In this document: positions 26,593 to 36,931 of the stretch, piece by piece
Numbering within the stretch: the stretch's first letter is position 1
Layout of the letters: each line of letters opens with the position of its first letter
Assembly: GCA_025056255.1 (NCBI GenBank)
Contig: JANWVT010000006.1
Span: 118,981-182,980, forward strand
DNA from: Bernardetiaceae bacterium
Lineage (GTDB): Bacteria > Bacteroidota > Bacteroidia > Cytophagales > Thermoflexibacteraceae
DNA length: 64,000 bases
Direction: 5' to 3'
Made by a program: the position numbers and the translations under genes
The notes under the pieces: model-generated
Database searches by the model: none
Told to the model about the DNA's origin: nothing
The model's input: the letters and a program-made list of their open reading frames with translations, nothing else

Positions 26593-29151
26593 ATGGCATT
26601 TTTTTGTCATGATTTTAGCACAGCAATTATGTCAAATTATTCTTTTCAAGATATTTTTATGTGGGCAATATCGGATTATGAATCAGATGTACTTGTTCCA
26701 ATGATGAAGAACGAGGGTCAAAATGCAGAAGAGAACGAGGCACTGCCTGCTGAGTTGCCCATTTTACCGGTGCGCAACAGCGTATTGTTCCCCAGTATGG
26801 TGATTCCCGTTACGGTTAGCCGCCAAAAAGCCATCAAATTAGTGCGCAAAGTTTACAAAGGCGACCGCATCGTGGGTGTAGTTACACAAAAGAACAATAA
26901 CCCCGAAGAGCCTACGATTGACGAGCTATACACTGTGGGAACAGTGGCGCGCATCATGAAACTGATTGCTCTGCCCGATGGACACATTACCATCATCATT
27001 CGTGGCAAGCGCAAGTTTCGCTTAGAAAAAATTATACGAGAAAATCCTTACTTAGTAGCAGAGGTGTCTTATTTGACTGATGAAATGCCCGACGAGCACA
27101 AAAAGGACACCAAAGTACTGATGCAGTCTTTGAAAGAGGCAGCGCATAAAATCATACGTTTAAATCCTGAAATCCCTCAGGAGGCAGAAATATCTATCAA
27201 CAACATTGAAAGCCTCGATTTACTGGTTCACTTTTTTTCTGCTAACATCAATGCCGAAATTAAAGACAAGCAGGAACTTTTAGAGCTCGACTCTGTAAAA
27301 GAACGTGGCACTAAGCTGCTCAAGCTTATGATGAAAGAAATAGAGTTCTTGCAAATCAAGCAGGAAATCCAGTCCAAAGCACACTCCGACTTAGACCAGC
27401 AACAGCGCGACTATTTCCTGCGGCAGCAAATCAAAGTATTGCAAGACGAACTGGGCATGGACAGCCACGAGCAAGAAATAGAACGCTTGCGGGCACGTGG
27501 TAGCCAAAAAAATTGGCCAGAGTCGGTAGCAAACCATTTCAATAAAGAGCTCGACAAAGCGCTGCGTCTCAACCCACAGTCGCCAGAGTTTCCCATTGCC
27601 ATCAGCTACGCTGAGTTCATGGTAGATTTGCCTTGGAACGAGTTTTCTGAGGATGTAATTGATTTGAAGAAAGCACAAGCCATTTTAGACCAAGACCACT
27701 ACGGCTTAGCAAAAGCTAAGCAGCGCATTATTGAATATTTGGCTGTGCTCAAGCTCAAAGGCGGCAACATGCGCGGACCCATCTTATGCTTTTACGGTCC
27801 GCCGGGGGTAGGTAAAACCTCTTTGGGGCGCTCTATTGCCAAGGCATTGGGCAGAAAATACATTCGGATGTCCTTGGGTGGCTTGCGCGATGAAGCAGAA
27901 ATTCGCGGGCATCGCAAAACCTACATTGGTGCTATGCCCGGACGCATTTTACAAAGCATCAAAAAAGCAGGCTCTTCCAATCCCGTATTTATTTTAGATG
28001 AAATCGATAAAGTAGGAAACGACTTTCGCGGCGACCCTGCATCGGCACTATTGGAAGTACTCGACCCAGAGCAAAACAATGCCTTCTTAGACAACTACTT
28101 GGAAGTGGAATACGACCTTTCTAAGGTCATGTTTATTGCTACTGCTAACTCGTTAGACACCATCCATCCTGCTTTGCGCGACCGGATGGAAATTATTGAA
28201 ATCACTGGCTATACTCAAGAAGAAAAACTGCAAATTGCCAAGCGGCATTTGTTGCCCAAATTGCGCAAAGAACACGGACTCAAAGCCAAAGACTTTAGCA
28301 TAGACGACAAAGCCATTCTGAAAGTGATAGAAGAATACACGCGTGAGTCGGGGGTGCGCAATTTAGAACAGAAACTTGGCGCAGTGGTGCGGCACGTTGC
28401 CAAGTGGGTAGCTATGGAAGAACCCTACCAAAAACGCATCAAACCTGCCGACATAGAAACCATTCTGGGTGCTCCCATTTTTGACCGCGAAATGTATCAA
28501 AACAACAACTTTGCAGGAGTAGTAACCGGCTTGGCATGGACACAGGCAGGTGGCGAAATCTTATTTGTAGAGGCAAGCCTCAACAAGGGCAAAGGCGCAC
28601 TTACCCTCTCCGGTCAGTTAGGGGATGTAATGAAAGAATCTGCCATTACGGCGCTCTCTTATTTGAAAGCGCATGCCGACGAGTGGGAGATAGACCACCG
28701 CATTTTCAACCAATACGATTTACACATCCATGTTCCGGCAGGTGCCGTACCCAAAGACGGTCCTTCGGCAGGAATTACAATGCTTACAGCACTTGCTTCC
28801 ATCTACACGCAGCGAAAAGTGAAAGCACACTTAGCCATGACAGGCGAAATTACCCTTCGTGGCAAAGTATTGCCCGTAGGAGGTATCAAAGAAAAACTAC
28901 TGGCTGCCCGCCGAGCAGGTATTACCGAAGTGGTGCTATCGGCGCGCAACCGTAAAGATGTAGAGGAAATAGATACTCAATACCTCAAAGATTTGACCAT
29001 TCATTACGTAGAGACCATAGATGAGGTGTTGCAAATAGCCCTCCTGCCCGAAAAAGTAGCTAAACCTATGCGTTTCGAACTAGACAGCGGCTCGCAAAGC
29101 ACTGCCACTAACAACAACCTTTCAGAAGAGCAGCTGCAAAAAGAATGTTAA
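26593..29151 (+). CDS. lon: ATP-dependent Lon protease
   Basis: 852 aa. LON N-domain [16 protein letters not shown]+ GPPGVGKTS, protease [11 protein letters not shown]. The true start may be one of the internal Met codons. Confidence 0.9.
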   Translation: MAFFCHDFSTAIMSNYSFQDIFMWAISDYESDVLVPMMKNEGQNAEENEALPAELPILPVRNSVLFPSMVIPVTVSRQKAIKLVRKVYKGDRIVGVVTQKNNNPEEPTIDELYTVGTVARIMKLIALPDGHITIIIRGKRKFRLEKIIRENPYLVAEVSYLTDEMPDEHKKDTKVLMQSLKEAAHKIIRLNPEIPQEAEISINNIESLDLLVHFFSANINAEIKDKQELLELDSVKERGTKLLKLMMKEIEFLQIKQEIQSKAHSDLDQQQRDYFLRQQIKVLQDELGMDSHEQEIERLRARGSQKNWPESVANHFNKELDKALRLNPQSPEFPIAISYAEFMVDLPWNEFSEDVIDLKKAQAILDQDHYGLAKAKQRIIEYLAVLKLKGGNMRGPILCFYGPPGVGKTSLGRSIAKALGRKYIRMSLGGLRDEAEIRGHRKTYIGAMPGRILQSIKKAGSSNPVFILDEIDKVGNDFRGDPASALLEVLDPEQNNAFLDNYLEVEYDLSKVMFIATANSLDTIHPALRDRMEIIEITGYTQEEKLQIAKRHLLPKLRKEHGLKAKDFSIDDKAILKVIEEYTRESGVRNLEQKLGAVVRHVAKWVAMEEPYQKRIKPADIETILGAPIFDREMYQNNNFAGVVTGLAWTQAGGEILFVEASLNKGKGALTLSGQLGDVMKESAITALSYLKAHADEWEIDHRIFNQYDLHIHVPAGAVPKDGPSAGITMLTALASIYTQRKVKAHLAMTGEITLRGKVLPVGGIKEKLLAARRAGITEVVLSARNRKDVEEIDTQYLKDLTIHYVETIDEVLQIALLPEKVAKPMRFELDSGSQSTATNNNLSEEQLQKEC

Positions 29152-29219
29152 AAAGTGAAATTAAATATTGTGAAGGTTTGATATACGCGCTAAATTCGCG
29201 CTTCAAAAAATTGTGATAA

Positions 29220-31334
29220 ATGGCAATCATTACACGAATTAGGCAACTTTCTACCGCAGTTATTGCGGTCATTTTTATTGCGCTAGGTCTTTTCATTATT
29301 GGTGGTGACTTGCTGTCTCCCAACTCGTCTATCTTGAATGTTTTTAACAGCAAAGAAGTGGCGCGCATCAACGGCGTGAGCATTTCCCCACAAGAGTTCA
29401 ACGAACAGCTACAAATTAGCCGCGCTAACTTGGCAAGCCGCTTAGGACGTGCTGTTACCGAAGCCGAATCAGACTTCCTCCGCTATGAAGCCCTCAATGA
29501 GCTAATTTACAAGCATGCCATGTTCCCGCAAATAGAAAAAGCAGGGCTCATGGTTACCCCAGAGGAAGTAGTAGACATGGTGCAGGGCAATAACATTCAT
29601 CCAGAGTTACAAGAAGCCTTCCGCAATCCGCAAACGGGAGAAGTCGATCGCAACCAAATTATTACCTTCCTAAACAATCTTGCCTCGCTGCCTGCTGACC
29701 AACGTGCCCAATTTGAAGCTTTTGAGCGCTCTCTTGCTCCAACGCGGCTGCGGCAGAAATACTTCCATCTGTTGAAGTACTCTACATTTGCAACCAAGCA
29801 AGAAGCAGAAACCTATTATCACGATTTAAATGACAAACGCGCTATTAAGTTCCTATTTGTTCCTTTTTCCTCCATTCCCGACTCAGTGATTAAATATACC
29901 GAAGCAGATTTACAGGCTTTTCTAACCGCCAATCAGTCCAAATATAAGCGCAAAGAAAACCGAGCTATCGAGTACGTTACTTTTTCGTTTAAGCCTTCTT
30001 CCAAAGATACGGCTGATATTAAGAGCCGCATCATGAAATTGAAAGAAGAATTGGCTACCGTACCAGAAACAAGCTTAGAAGTTTTCGTATCGAACAATTC
30101 TGACCTAGGAGCTTCTTATCGCGATTTTAAGCCTGCTGATATCCCCCAAGAAATTGCACCAGATAGCCTTAAAGTAGGTGCAGTGCTAGGTCCTTACCTC
30201 AAGAATGGATATTTCATCATCTATCGCATCGTTAAGTCTGGGCAAGACTCGGTAGCCTCTGCTAAGGCAAGCCACATTCTGTTCCGATTTGGCGACGACA
30301 AACAAAAAGCCAAACAAGAAGCTGAAAAAGTGCTGGCGCAGTTAAAAGCAGGTGCCGACTTTGCTTTCATGGCAAATATGTATAGCCAAGACCCCGGCAC
30401 CCAGTCTCGTGGCGGCGACTTGGGTTGGTTTACTGAAAAACAGATGGTAGAACCATTTGAAAAAGCTGTTATGAATGCTACTAAAACAGGCTTGCTGCCT
30501 AACTTAGTAGAAACGGAATACGGCTATCACATCATTAAAGTTACTGGCTTGAAAACGCGCACCAAATACACCATTGCAGCCATTTCCAAAGATATTCTGC
30601 CCAGTGAAGCCACTAAAAACGAAGCCTTTATGAGAGCAGGCGAGTTTGCCAAAGCTAAAAATGCCAAAGAGTATGCCGATAAAGTACTGGCTGCCAAAGA
30701 CCTAATCAGTATTCAGGCGCTAACCATACCTGAAGATGCCACCAACATCAACGATATGACCGGTCCTCGCATTAAAGACATTGTTCGCTGGGCATATGCC
30801 GACGAGCGCCAAATTGGTGATGTGTCTGAAGTATTTGAACTAGAAGACCGCTATTTAGTAGCTATGTTGCGTGGTGGCAGTGAAGAAGGAGATGCTACAG
30901 TGGCTGATGTGCGCGAAGAACTCATTAACGACTATCGCAAGCAGAAAAAAGCCGAAATGATTCGCGAGAAACTTAGCAAACTCAAAGGCAATACACTGGA
31001 AGAGCTTCAAAAAGCCTACGGAGCTGGTGCAGAAGTAATCGAACAAACCGATATCAATCCGCTCACTTCTCGTATCAATCAGGCAAACTATGCTCCCAAT
31101 GTGGTAGGTGCTACTTATGCCCTCAAAAAAGGCGAACGTTCGCGCATCATTCAAGATGACTATGGCATGTTTATCATAGAAGTAACCCAAGTAGATAATG
31201 CCAGTGACTTGGCAGACTATGCCACCTATAAAAAACAACTGGAAGAGCGTAGGCGGTTGCAAGCCGAAGACCATATTGTCAAGGCAATCAAGAAACTGGC
31301 AAAAATAAAAGACAACACTGCACGCTATTTCTAA
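29220..31334 (+). CDS. PpiD/SurA-like periplasmic parvulin-type peptidyl-prolyl isomerase
   Basis: 704 aa. N-terminal membrane anchor. The parvulin domain is ASHILF...GGDLGWF...FE.A...GYHIIKV. Confidence 0.8.
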   Translation: MAIITRIRQLSTAVIAVIFIALGLFIIGGDLLSPNSSILNVFNSKEVARINGVSISPQEFNEQLQISRANLASRLGRAVTEAESDFLRYEALNELIYKHAMFPQIEKAGLMVTPEEVVDMVQGNNIHPELQEAFRNPQTGEVDRNQIITFLNNLASLPADQRAQFEAFERSLAPTRLRQKYFHLLKYSTFATKQEAETYYHDLNDKRAIKFLFVPFSSIPDSVIKYTEADLQAFLTANQSKYKRKENRAIEYVTFSFKPSSKDTADIKSRIMKLKEELATVPETSLEVFVSNNSDLGASYRDFKPADIPQEIAPDSLKVGAVLGPYLKNGYFIIYRIVKSGQDSVASAKASHILFRFGDDKQKAKQEAEKVLAQLKAGADFAFMANMYSQDPGTQSRGGDLGWFTEKQMVEPFEKAVMNATKTGLLPNLVETEYGYHIIKVTGLKTRTKYTIAAISKDILPSEATKNEAFMRAGEFAKAKNAKEYADKVLAAKDLISIQALTIPEDATNINDMTGPRIKDIVRWAYADERQIGDVSEVFELEDRYLVAMLRGGSEEGDATVADVREELINDYRKQKKAEMIREKLSKLKGNTLEELQKAYGAGAEVIEQTDINPLTSRINQANYAPNVVGATYALKKGERSRIIQDDYGMFIIEVTQVDNASDLADYATYKKQLEERRRLQAEDHIVKAIKKLAKIKDNTARYF

Positions 31335-31360
31335 GCGCAAAGCAATATTTCAAATTAAAC

Positions 31361-31394
31361 AAGGCGTCAACTTTTGGTTTGACGCCTTTTTTTT
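31361..31394 (+). terminator. Intrinsic terminator after the PPIase gene
   Basis: Perfect 10-bp stem AAGGCGTCAA/TTGACGCCTT with an 8-nt loop and a T-run. Confidence 0.8.
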
Positions 31395-31494
31395 CTATAT
31401 TAGTCGAATTCTCAATTTTTAATGCACAAAGCGTAAAAAATGCGAAAATGTTAGTAAAACAACTGTTTTTTGGTGCAACTTTTAATTGTTGTAT

Positions 31495-32601
31495 ATGAGT
31501 ATTGAACGTTTGGAAAATTGGGGAATGCCTTCTACGGCAGAGACAGAAGTGATGGTAGCCTCTCGCAAACGCCCTTTTATTATTGCAGGTCCTTGCAGTG
31601 CAGAAACCCCCGAGCAGTTGCTGGCTACTTGCCGTGCCCTTGCACACACCGGTATTAATGCGTTGCGTGCTGGTATTTGGAAACCTCGTACGCGTCCTAA
31701 CAGTTTTGAAGGAGTAGGAGAGGTGGGTTTAAAATGGTTCAAACAGGTACGCGATGAGTTAGGAATACCTATTGCCACCGAAGTGGCTACTGCTACCCAC
31801 GTGGAGCTAGCACTTAAATACGGTGTAGATATTCTTTGGATTGGCGCCCGCAGCACAGTAAATCCCTTTACTGTGCAGGAAATTGCCGATGCTTTGCGAG
31901 GAGTAGATATCCCCGTTATTGTAAAAAATCCGCTTAATCCTGATTTGGCTTTATGGATAGGTGGCTTGGAGCGTATAGCTAATGCTGGCATCACCAAGTT
32001 AGCAGCCATGCATCGCGGCTTCTCTACTTTCGAAAAAACCCAATACCGCAACTTGCCTATGTGGCAAATGGCAATTGAATTGCGCAGCCAAATGCCGGAC
32101 TTACCTCTTTTCTTCGACCCAAGCCACACAGGTGGAAAAAGAGAATTTATTTATCCCCTCTCACAGAAGGCGCTCGACTTGGACTACGACGGCTTGATGA
32201 TAGAGTCGCACATAGACCCCGACAATGCTTGGAGCGATGCAGCTCAACAAGTAACCCCAGCGCGTTTTGCAGAAATTCTGAGCGAATTAAAAATTAGAGA
32301 GGTAACCTCCGACAATGTCGAATTTCAAAACGCCTTAGAAGAATTGCGCGGAAAGTTAGACCTAATAGACCGCGAACTGGTAGAATTGCTTGCCTCTCGA
32401 ATGAAAATTGTTGAAAAACTCGGGCAATATAAACGAGAAAATAACGTAGCTGTATTTCAAGTAGACCGCTGGATAAAAGTATTCCAATCTCGTCCTGAAT
32501 GGGGCGAAAAAATGGGGCTTAATAAAGACTTTGTCGGACATATTTTCAAATTAATTCACGACGAATCCATTCGCATTCAAACCGCCAAAGTGAGCGATTG
32601 A
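31495..32601 (+). CDS. Bifunctional 3-deoxy-7-phosphoheptulonate synthase / chorismate mutase
   Basis: KDO8P-like DAHP synthase core (PFIIAGPCSAE, LRAGIWKPRT, DPSH) plus a C-terminal CM type II helix (LRGKLDLIDRELVELLASRMKIV). Start set to the first ATG. Confidence 0.85.
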   Translation: MSIERLENWGMPSTAETEVMVASRKRPFIIAGPCSAETPEQLLATCRALAHTGINALRAGIWKPRTRPNSFEGVGEVGLKWFKQVRDELGIPIATEVATATHVELALKYGVDILWIGARSTVNPFTVQEIADALRGVDIPVIVKNPLNPDLALWIGGLERIANAGITKLAAMHRGFSTFEKTQYRNLPMWQMAIELRSQMPDLPLFFDPSHTGGKREFIYPLSQKALDLDYDGLMIESHIDPDNAWSDAAQQVTPARFAEILSELKIREVTSDNVEFQNALEELRGKLDLIDRELVELLASRMKIVEKLGQYKRENNVAVFQVDRWIKVFQSRPEWGEKMGLNKDFVGHIFKLIHDESIRIQTAKVSD

Positions 32602-32709
32602 GCAAGTGCTCTCTTCTACAAATGGCTGCCGCTGAAGTCTACAGATTTGGGCGGCAGTTATTTTTTACCAATCTTTGCCAACTGGTTTTGCACAAAATAC
32701 TGTAATTTT

Positions 32710-33360
32710 ATGAAACGTTTACTGCTGCTTACTATGAGCTGCTTGCTAATGGGTAGCGCCATAGCACAGACGTTCTCCAAAGACTTGTGGCACGATGGAG
32801 AAGCCGATTTGTTTTCAGGCGAAACTGTACGCGGCAAAATCAAATATGACTTAGACAACAACTCCTTACAAGTAAGTACAGGAGGCATTGTGCGTTCTTT
32901 TAGTGCTTACCAAGTAGAGGCATTTCAAATTTTTGACGATTTACAAAAAACACCTCGCTATTTTTATACACTTCCTTATAAAAAAACAGGTAACTACGAC
33001 AGCCCAATGTTCTTTGAACTGCTCTACGAAGGCATAAGGCTATCTTTGCTCAATCGGGAAACCTTTCAGCAGCGAGTGATTGGAACTCCCGGCATGTGGG
33101 GCTGGGGCTGGTGGGGACCCCGCATGGGAATGGGAACTACAATAGTACAAGTAGATAGCTACTATGTATTGGATATGACCAAAGAACAGGTGATTAAACC
33201 GGGCGACCAACGAGCCGATTGGTTGCTCCTAATGAAAGACTTTCGCGATGAAATCGGCGAGTTTATGCGCGCGAATAAACTTTCTGTTACCGAGCGAAAA
33301 GACCTGCTTAAAATCATGACCTACTACGATGAGTTGGTTAAGAAATCCGCCGGCAAATAA
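32710..33360 (+). CDS. Hypothetical secreted protein
   Basis: Signal peptide MKRLLLLTMSCLLMGSAIAQ (Met22 of the track ORF). Contains a Trp/Gly-rich patch GMWGWGWWGP. No family recognised. Confidence 0.5.
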   Translation: MKRLLLLTMSCLLMGSAIAQTFSKDLWHDGEADLFSGETVRGKIKYDLDNNSLQVSTGGIVRSFSAYQVEAFQIFDDLQKTPRYFYTLPYKKTGNYDSPMFFELLYEGIRLSLLNRETFQQRVIGTPGMWGWGWWGPRMGMGTTIVQVDSYYVLDMTKEQVIKPGDQRADWLLLMKDFRDEIGEFMRANKLSVTERKDLLKIMTYYDELVKKSAGK

Positions 33361-33384
33361 AAAAGAAAATAAAAATTTACCTCC

Positions 33385-33417
33385 ATATATTGATATATGA
33401 AAATACGTTTATATATT
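33385..33417. promoter_or_regulatory. AT-rich dyad plus shared 15-nt box (ATACGTTTATATATT) upstream of the ArsR-family gene
   Basis: ATATAT-TG-ATATAT at 33385-33398. The box at 33403-33417 matches 14/15 with 35362-35376. It lies about 30-45 nt upstream of the ATG. Confidence 0.5.
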
Positions 33418-33445
33418 TGCAGTGTAGTTACTTAATACCACAATC

Positions 33446-33757
33446 ATGAATGTAGAAGCAGTTGAATTGCGGATAGATGCGGCAAAGTTAGAAAAGGCAG
33501 CTTTTGTATTGAAAGCAGTTGCCCATCCAGTCCGCATTGCCATTGTTGATTTGTTAGACCAGTGCGGGCGGTTGAATGTAAGTGAGCTGCAAAGTAAATT
33601 AGAGATAGAACAAGCATTGCTTTCCCATCATTTGACCAATATGCGCGACAGAGGTATTCTTACTGCCGAGCGCGAAGGCAAATGTATTTATTATTCTCTT
33701 ACCGATGCCACTATTACCAATATCATCCACTGTATCAACAGTTGCGCTAAATTTTAA
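33446..33757 (+). CDS. ArsR/SmtB family transcriptional regulator (BigR/SqrR-like candidate persulfide sensor)
   Basis: 103 aa. The wHTH is LKAVAHPVRIAIVDLL...VSELQ...ALLSHHL. Cys residues at 40, 80, 96 and 100. Confidence 0.8.
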   Translation: MNVEAVELRIDAAKLEKAAFVLKAVAHPVRIAIVDLLDQCGRLNVSELQSKLEIEQALLSHHLTNMRDRGILTAEREGKCIYYSLTDATITNIIHCINSCAKF

Positions 33758-33855
33758 AACGGTTGCTAATAGATGACGTAAGTCATTGTTAATCAGCTTT
33801 TATTTTTTGACCTTACTGCTACTTTCGTTCCTTATTTTTTAACCTTATACAAACC

Positions 33856-35250
33856 ATGAAAATCGAGCAATTGTACACAGGTTGTTTGGCTGAAGCAGCC
33901 TACTTTATTGAGTCAGCCGGTGAAGCCGCAGTGATTGACCCCATTCGCGAAACAGAACCTTACCTCAGGTTAGCACAAGAGCGCGGTGTCAAAATCAAGT
34001 ATATCTTTGAAACACATTTCCACGCCGATTTCGTATCTGGTCATTTAGATTTGTCCCGCGCTACAGGGGCGCCTATTGTATTTGGTCCTACTGCTAAAGC
34101 CCAGTTCGATTTTATTGAGGCTAAAGACGGACAAACTTTTGAAGTAGGAGATGTTATCATCAAGGTATTACATACCCCAGGGCATACTCCTGAGTCTATG
34201 TGTCTGTTACTGTATGACGAGAACGGAAAAGAGCATGCCGTATTTACAGGCGACACCTTGTTTGTAGGCGATGTAGGACGCCCAGATTTGTTAGATGGCG
34301 TTATCATCTCCAAAGAAGAACAAGTAAGCAATCTGTACGATAGCCTCAACAAGAAAATTAAAACCTTGCCCGACGATGTAATTGTTTACCCTGGGCACGG
34401 TCCCGGCTCGTTATGTGGCAAAAGTATTGGCAAAGAGACGCAATCTACCATTGGCAGGGAAAAAATGTTCAACTATGCTCTCCAGCCCATGACGCGCGAA
34501 GAATTTATGCGCATTATTCTGGCAGACCAGCCACCTGCTCCACAATATTTTGTTAAAAATGCAATTATTAACCGTACGGGCTATGAAGCTATTGACCACT
34601 TGCTAGAACGCAACGTACGTCCTTTGAGTGTCACGGCAGTCGAGTTAGAAATGGAAGCAGGCGCTTTGGTGCTAGATACCCGCAATACCGATGCCTTTGC
34701 AGCAGGACACATTCCCAATGCTATGCAAGTAGCCTTAGACGGCTCCTTTGCCGTATGGGTAGGCACTTTGGTAAGCGATATTAAACAGCGCATCGTAGTA
34801 ATAGCCGACCAAGGACGTGAACGCGAAAGTATTCTGCGACTGGCTCGCGTAGGCTATGAAAACGTAGCAGGTTATTTAGAAGGCGGCTTCGATACTTGGC
34901 GCCAAAGTGGAATGCCCATTGCTACAACTCAAGTGATTAGTGCAGAACAGTTTGAAGCTATTTTTGACCCCAACACTACGAAGGTTTTAGACGTGCGCCG
35001 CACCAACGAATTTAAAAATGCTCACTTGCCCAATGCCATCAACATTCCGCTGCGCGACTTAGAGAAAAACTTGCACCAGCTCAATCCCAACGAGTGCTAC
35101 TATGTACATTGTGCAGGCGGCTACCGTTCTATGATTGCTGCCTCCATATTGGCTCGGAATGGTTATGAAAATGTAATCAACATTAATGGTGGCATGGATG
35201 CTATCTTAAAAACCAAACTACCAGTGCTTTCCGAAACACAAGTAGCCTAA
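33856..35250 (+). CDS. MBL-fold persulfide dioxygenase fused to two rhodanese domains
   Basis: 464 aa. Metallo-beta-lactamase motif ETHFHADF, HTPGHT. The C-terminal rhodanese has the catalytic loop HCAGGYRS. Confidence 0.8.
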   Translation: MKIEQLYTGCLAEAAYFIESAGEAAVIDPIRETEPYLRLAQERGVKIKYIFETHFHADFVSGHLDLSRATGAPIVFGPTAKAQFDFIEAKDGQTFEVGDVIIKVLHTPGHTPESMCLLLYDENGKEHAVFTGDTLFVGDVGRPDLLDGVIISKEEQVSNLYDSLNKKIKTLPDDVIVYPGHGPGSLCGKSIGKETQSTIGREKMFNYALQPMTREEFMRIILADQPPAPQYFVKNAIINRTGYEAIDHLLERNVRPLSVTAVELEMEAGALVLDTRNTDAFAAGHIPNAMQVALDGSFAVWVGTLVSDIKQRIVVIADQGRERESILRLARVGYENVAGYLEGGFDTWRQSGMPIATTQVISAEQFEAIFDPNTTKVLDVRRTNEFKNAHLPNAINIPLRDLEKNLHQLNPNECYYVHCAGGYRSMIAASILARNGYENVININGGMDAILKTKLPVLSETQVA

Positions 35251-35304
35251 AAAGAAAAAAGCACGGTTGAGGCATTAAGAGGGCTAGGTTGCGTAGGCAT
35301 TACA

Positions 35305-35337
35305 GAGGGCAACTTAGGGTTGCCCTCAATTATTTTC
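35305..35337 (+). terminator. Intrinsic terminator after the MBL-rhodanese gene
   Basis: 9-bp stem GAGGGCAAC/GTTGCCCTC followed by a T-rich tail. Confidence 0.6.
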
Positions 35338-35359
35338 ATACAAACAGTTGTTTATATAA

Positions 35360-35376
35360 ATATACGTTTGTATATT
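35360..35376. promoter_or_regulatory. Perfect 6-4-6 inverted repeat ATATAC-GTTT-GTATAT, containing a TAcgTTTG -7-like box, upstream of sqr
   Basis: Read directly. It shares ATACGTTT[AG]TATATT with 33403-33417 and lies about 40 nt upstream of the ATG at 35412. Confidence 0.5.
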
Positions 35377-35411
35377 GCTGCTATCTAACAACACCAGTAT
35401 AGTTGACAAAT

Positions 35412-36626
35412 ATGAAAACTGCAAAAAAATCGCACTATCAGGTACTTATTGCCGGAGGTGGCAATGCCGGCATATCAGTAGCAGCTCAATTGTTACGCAA
35501 GCAATCCAATCTGGATATTGCCATTATCGAGCCGTCCGATAAGCATTACTACCAACCGGCTTGGACGCTGGTGGGGGGTGGTGATTATGATATCAACGAT
35601 ACTGTGCGCAACGAAGCCGATTTTATCCCCAAAAATGCTACATGGATACAAGACAAAGTAGTACAGTTTTTACCCGATGAGAACAAAGTAAAACTAGGCA
35701 GTGGTGATGCGGTTACCTACGATTGGTTAGTAGTAGCAGTAGGCATCCAGTTGAATTGGTCAGCCATTAAAGGACTGGAAGGAAACCTAGGAAAAAACGG
35801 TATCGCTTCTAATTATTTGTTTAGTACAGCTCCTTACACTTTTGAGTGCATTAAAAACTTTAAAGGTGGCAAAGCCCTCTTCACCAATCCCAATACGCCT
35901 ATCAAGTGTGGAGGAGCGCCTCAGAAAATTATGTATTTGGCAGCCGACTACTTCCGCAAGCATGGCTTGTTGAACAAAGCTGACATTCACTATTACTCTG
36001 GAAGCGCGGTTATTTTTGGCGTAAAGAAATATGCTGAAACACTCAATAAAGTCATCCAGCGCTACGGCATCAAAACCCACTTTAAACATAACTTAGTCGA
36101 AATTAGGGCAAACGAAAAGCAGGCTATTTTTGAAACCGAACGCGACGGAGAAAAAGTGCAAATAGTAGAAAACTATGAGTTCATTCACGTAACGCCACCT
36201 CAGTCTGCTCCCGATGTAGTGCGCAACAGTCCTTTGGCAGTACCCGACTCGCCCGGTGGATGGTTAGACGTAGACAAAGGCACACTACGACACAATCGCT
36301 ACAAAAACGTATTTGGCATAGGTGACAATACCAGCACGCCTAATGCAAAAACAGGTGCTGCTATACGCAAGCAAGCTCCTGTGTTAGTAGAAAACTTGTA
36401 TCGTAGTATCTCTGGGCAGCAAATGGATGCCATGTACAACGGCTACGGTTCTTGTCCGTTAGTTACGGGTTATGGCAAGTTGGTACTAGCAGAGTTTGAC
36501 TACAACAACGAGCCAATAGAAACTTTCCCGTTTGACCAAAGTAAAGAACGCTGGACAATGTACCAACTCAAAAAGCGTGTGCTACCTTGGCTATATTGGA
36601 ATAAAATTCTGAAAGGAACAGCCTAA
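35412..36626 (+). CDS. sqr: Sulfide:quinone oxidoreductase-like NAD(P)/FAD-dependent oxidoreductase
   Basis: FAD fold HYQVLIAGGGNAG. CGGAPQK and GIGD motifs. Context next to a persulfide dioxygenase. Start set to the first ATG. Confidence 0.75.
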   Translation: MKTAKKSHYQVLIAGGGNAGISVAAQLLRKQSNLDIAIIEPSDKHYYQPAWTLVGGGDYDINDTVRNEADFIPKNATWIQDKVVQFLPDENKVKLGSGDAVTYDWLVVAVGIQLNWSAIKGLEGNLGKNGIASNYLFSTAPYTFECIKNFKGGKALFTNPNTPIKCGGAPQKIMYLAADYFRKHGLLNKADIHYYSGSAVIFGVKKYAETLNKVIQRYGIKTHFKHNLVEIRANEKQAIFETERDGEKVQIVENYEFIHVTPPQSAPDVVRNSPLAVPDSPGGWLDVDKGTLRHNRYKNVFGIGDNTSTPNAKTGAAIRKQAPVLVENLYRSISGQQMDAMYNGYGSCPLVTGYGKLVLAEFDYNNEPIETFPFDQSKERWTMYQLKKRVLPWLYWNKILKGTA

Positions 36627-36675
36627 GCCTTTTGGCATTTGCTTAATAATGTGTTAATAGCTAAGCAGTATAGTT

Positions 36676-36712
36676 AAACCCGATGGATTTTCTAAATCCA
36701 ACGGGTTTTTTT
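36676..36712 (+). terminator. Intrinsic terminator after sqr
   Basis: Stem CCCGATGGATT/AATCCAACGGG (one mismatch) followed by T7. Confidence 0.75.
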
Positions 36713-36931
36713 GTTTGTGTATTTTAAAGCATTCGCTTCTTGCCATACAGCGAGTTCTACAACACTATAAAGCCACACGCCCTTGCGTGTACTTCCTTAG
36801 GCAATAAACGGTTTATCTTACAAACAATCGAAGACATACCTCACGGCAACGCGCAACGGCAGCATAGAAATTGAATTTTCCGAATGTTTAACGCACAATT
36901 TGCATTGAAACAACCTAAGAGGCTTCCTAAC

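Noticed and set aside
31482-32129. 215-aa minus-strand ORF antisense to the DAHP synthase gene; similar shadow ORFs lie inside clc, tsaC, the hydratase gene, sufD, lon and others
   Set aside because: These are antisense or out-of-frame shadows of strongly supported genes, with no recognisable motifs.
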